From Camelus dromedarius (Eukaryota): 64,000 nt of DNA. Below the pieces are notes generated by a model. It made no database searches. It was not told the DNA's origin and saw nothing but the letters and a program-made list of their open reading frames with translations. The DNA lies in contig NC_087456.1 of NCBI RefSeq assembly GCF_036321535.1, positions 26,970,001 to 27,034,000 of the forward strand. The letters are read 5' to 3'. Both the position numbers and the translations under genes were made by a program. Positions 62,868 to 64,000 of this stretch are shown here, piece by piece (within the stretch, counting starts at the first letter, position 1; each line of letters starts with the position of its first letter).

Positions 62868-62988
62868 GCCGCCCGAATCCCCGCGCCCGCTTCCTTTGCA
62901 AAGTGAGAGAGGTCCCCGCGGCGCCCAGCGGCCGGTCTCGACCGTGTCCCGTGATTTGTTTTGTTTTGTTTCTGCTCTCACACCGCAG

Positions 62989-63068
62989 GCAGCCGTGGAG
63001 CAGATCGCCGGCAGCCCCGAAACCACCCACTCACAGTAGTTGGGAGAGTGGCTCTGCAGTCGGACCAT
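62989..63068 (+). other. Putative 80-nt internal, mostly 5'UTR exon
   Basis: Acceptor TTTGTTTTGTTTTGTTTCTGCTCTCACACCGCAG| ending at 62988; donor CAT|GTGAGT at 63069. Confidence 0.6.
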
Positions 63069-63975
63069 GTGAGTCTGCGTTTGACCCCACTACGCGCGCG
63101 TGGGCTGGCGGAAGCGGGGGAGGCGCCGCCTTGGGGCCGCCGCGCCCGAGCCCCTACGGCTGGCCTCCGCCTCCGCCTCGGCCCTTCGACCTCCAGCCCC
63201 TTTCTTCTTTCTCCTCCCCCTTTGATTTCTCCCTTCCCATTCTCTATTTCCGTGCTTCTCTGATTTTCCCCAGTTCTCAACTTCCAGCTGAGTTTGGGCA
63301 CACAAAAAAAGAGAGGCAACTGGCCTTTACGCGGGAGGCGGGGTGGGCTGGGCGTGTGTGTTTCATAAAGTAGAAAACTGTGCGGGTCTAGGGGTGGGGG
63401 AGGCGAGTGCTGGAGACCGCCCGGGGCGCAGCCCCCGCGCGCGGGGGGGGAGGGGACGAGGCACGTTCTGAGCGAGAACTTTCCTTGTGCTGTATGGCAC
63501 CGACTGCTGGATGGGAATGCAGTGCTCACGAAGCCTCGCCATTTGGGACCATCCCTCTGCGATGAGGGGACAGATGTCTTAAAATCTCGAACCGCCCGGG
63601 CGGAAAGGAGGGAAGGCCGTGGGCACTGGCTGAGGCTAGACGGTAAATAGGGTTAGGCTCAAGTCCCTAATTCCAGGTAGATTTGGGCGCTGCGTCGCCT
63701 TTCTCCCCCACGGCGGCGGGCAGGACTAGCTTGCGGACACGATAAGGGCGCGCGGATCGTGGCAGTCCGCGGGGCCTTGACCTTGTCTTCCTCTCCTACA
63801 CGCTGGAGCCTTAGCCATGCTTCTGTGTTTTAGAACTTAGATGTCAAGGGAGCGGGGAGCAAGGCAGGCAGGATCTGTTTTCCGAGCCCCGGGGCGAGAG
63901 GAGCGCTGGGCGCGCGTCTCCGGTGCCGGGAAGGGCCGTGCGCGCCTGGCCGCGGCCAGGCCGGCTTTCTCGCAG

Positions 63976-64000
63976 GCGCCCGGCGGCAGCCATGAGACTC
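63976..64000 (+). CDS. Putative start of a coding exon running off the window end (…MRL); product unidentified
   Basis: Acceptor GCTTTCTCGCAG| at 63975; GCAGCCATGA Kozak-like ATG at 63992-63994; in frame with the AT|G split start from the upstream exon. Confidence 0.35.

Larger units (their letters stand above)
57920..64000. promoter_or_regulatory. Compound CpG island / promoter region (sub-islands approx. 57920-58620, 58930-59350, 60250-61700, 62000-62250, 62780-64000)
   Basis: Sharp rise in GC and CpG density, many CGCG/GCGC/GGGCGG motifs, near absence of interspersed repeats. Confidence 0.92.

Noticed and set aside
1-64000. CRISPR array, rRNA or prokaryotic systems
   Set aside because: The sequence is mammalian, with no repeat-spacer periodicity or rRNA similarity.
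57920-64000. Naming the downstream gene
   Set aside because: Only up to 9 putative codons are visible and I do not recognise them, so any gene symbol would be a guess.

Overview
Mammalian genomic DNA, most likely a camelid: three tRNA-Ala-derived SINEs resemble the camelid Vic-1 family, and the L1 3' ends are artiodactyl-like. Bases 1-57,900 are AT-rich, repeat-dense non-coding sequence. They hold old L1M, L2 and MIR fragments, several MaLR (MLT1) LTRs, a young-looking solo ERV1-type LTR with a 4-bp TSD, and young 5'-truncated L1 ends and SINEs, several with exact TSDs. A few repeat-free, CpG-retaining, motif-dense blocks look like distal enhancers. From about 57,920 to the end lies a ~6 kb compound CpG island typical of a developmental regulatory gene's 5' region. 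It has strong + strand splice signals, including an 80-nt exon (62,989-63,068). If that exon splices to an acceptor at 63,975, it creates a split ATG in frame with a second ATG 9 bp from the window end (M-R-P-A-A-A-M-R-L). I cannot name the gene. No intact protein-coding gene, real tRNA/rRNA gene or CRISPR array is supported. Eleven N-runs of 132-244 bp hide sequence, several inside the putative regulatory blocks. Repeat boundaries are approximate unless a TSD is quoted, and family names are recalled from consensus features, not searched.
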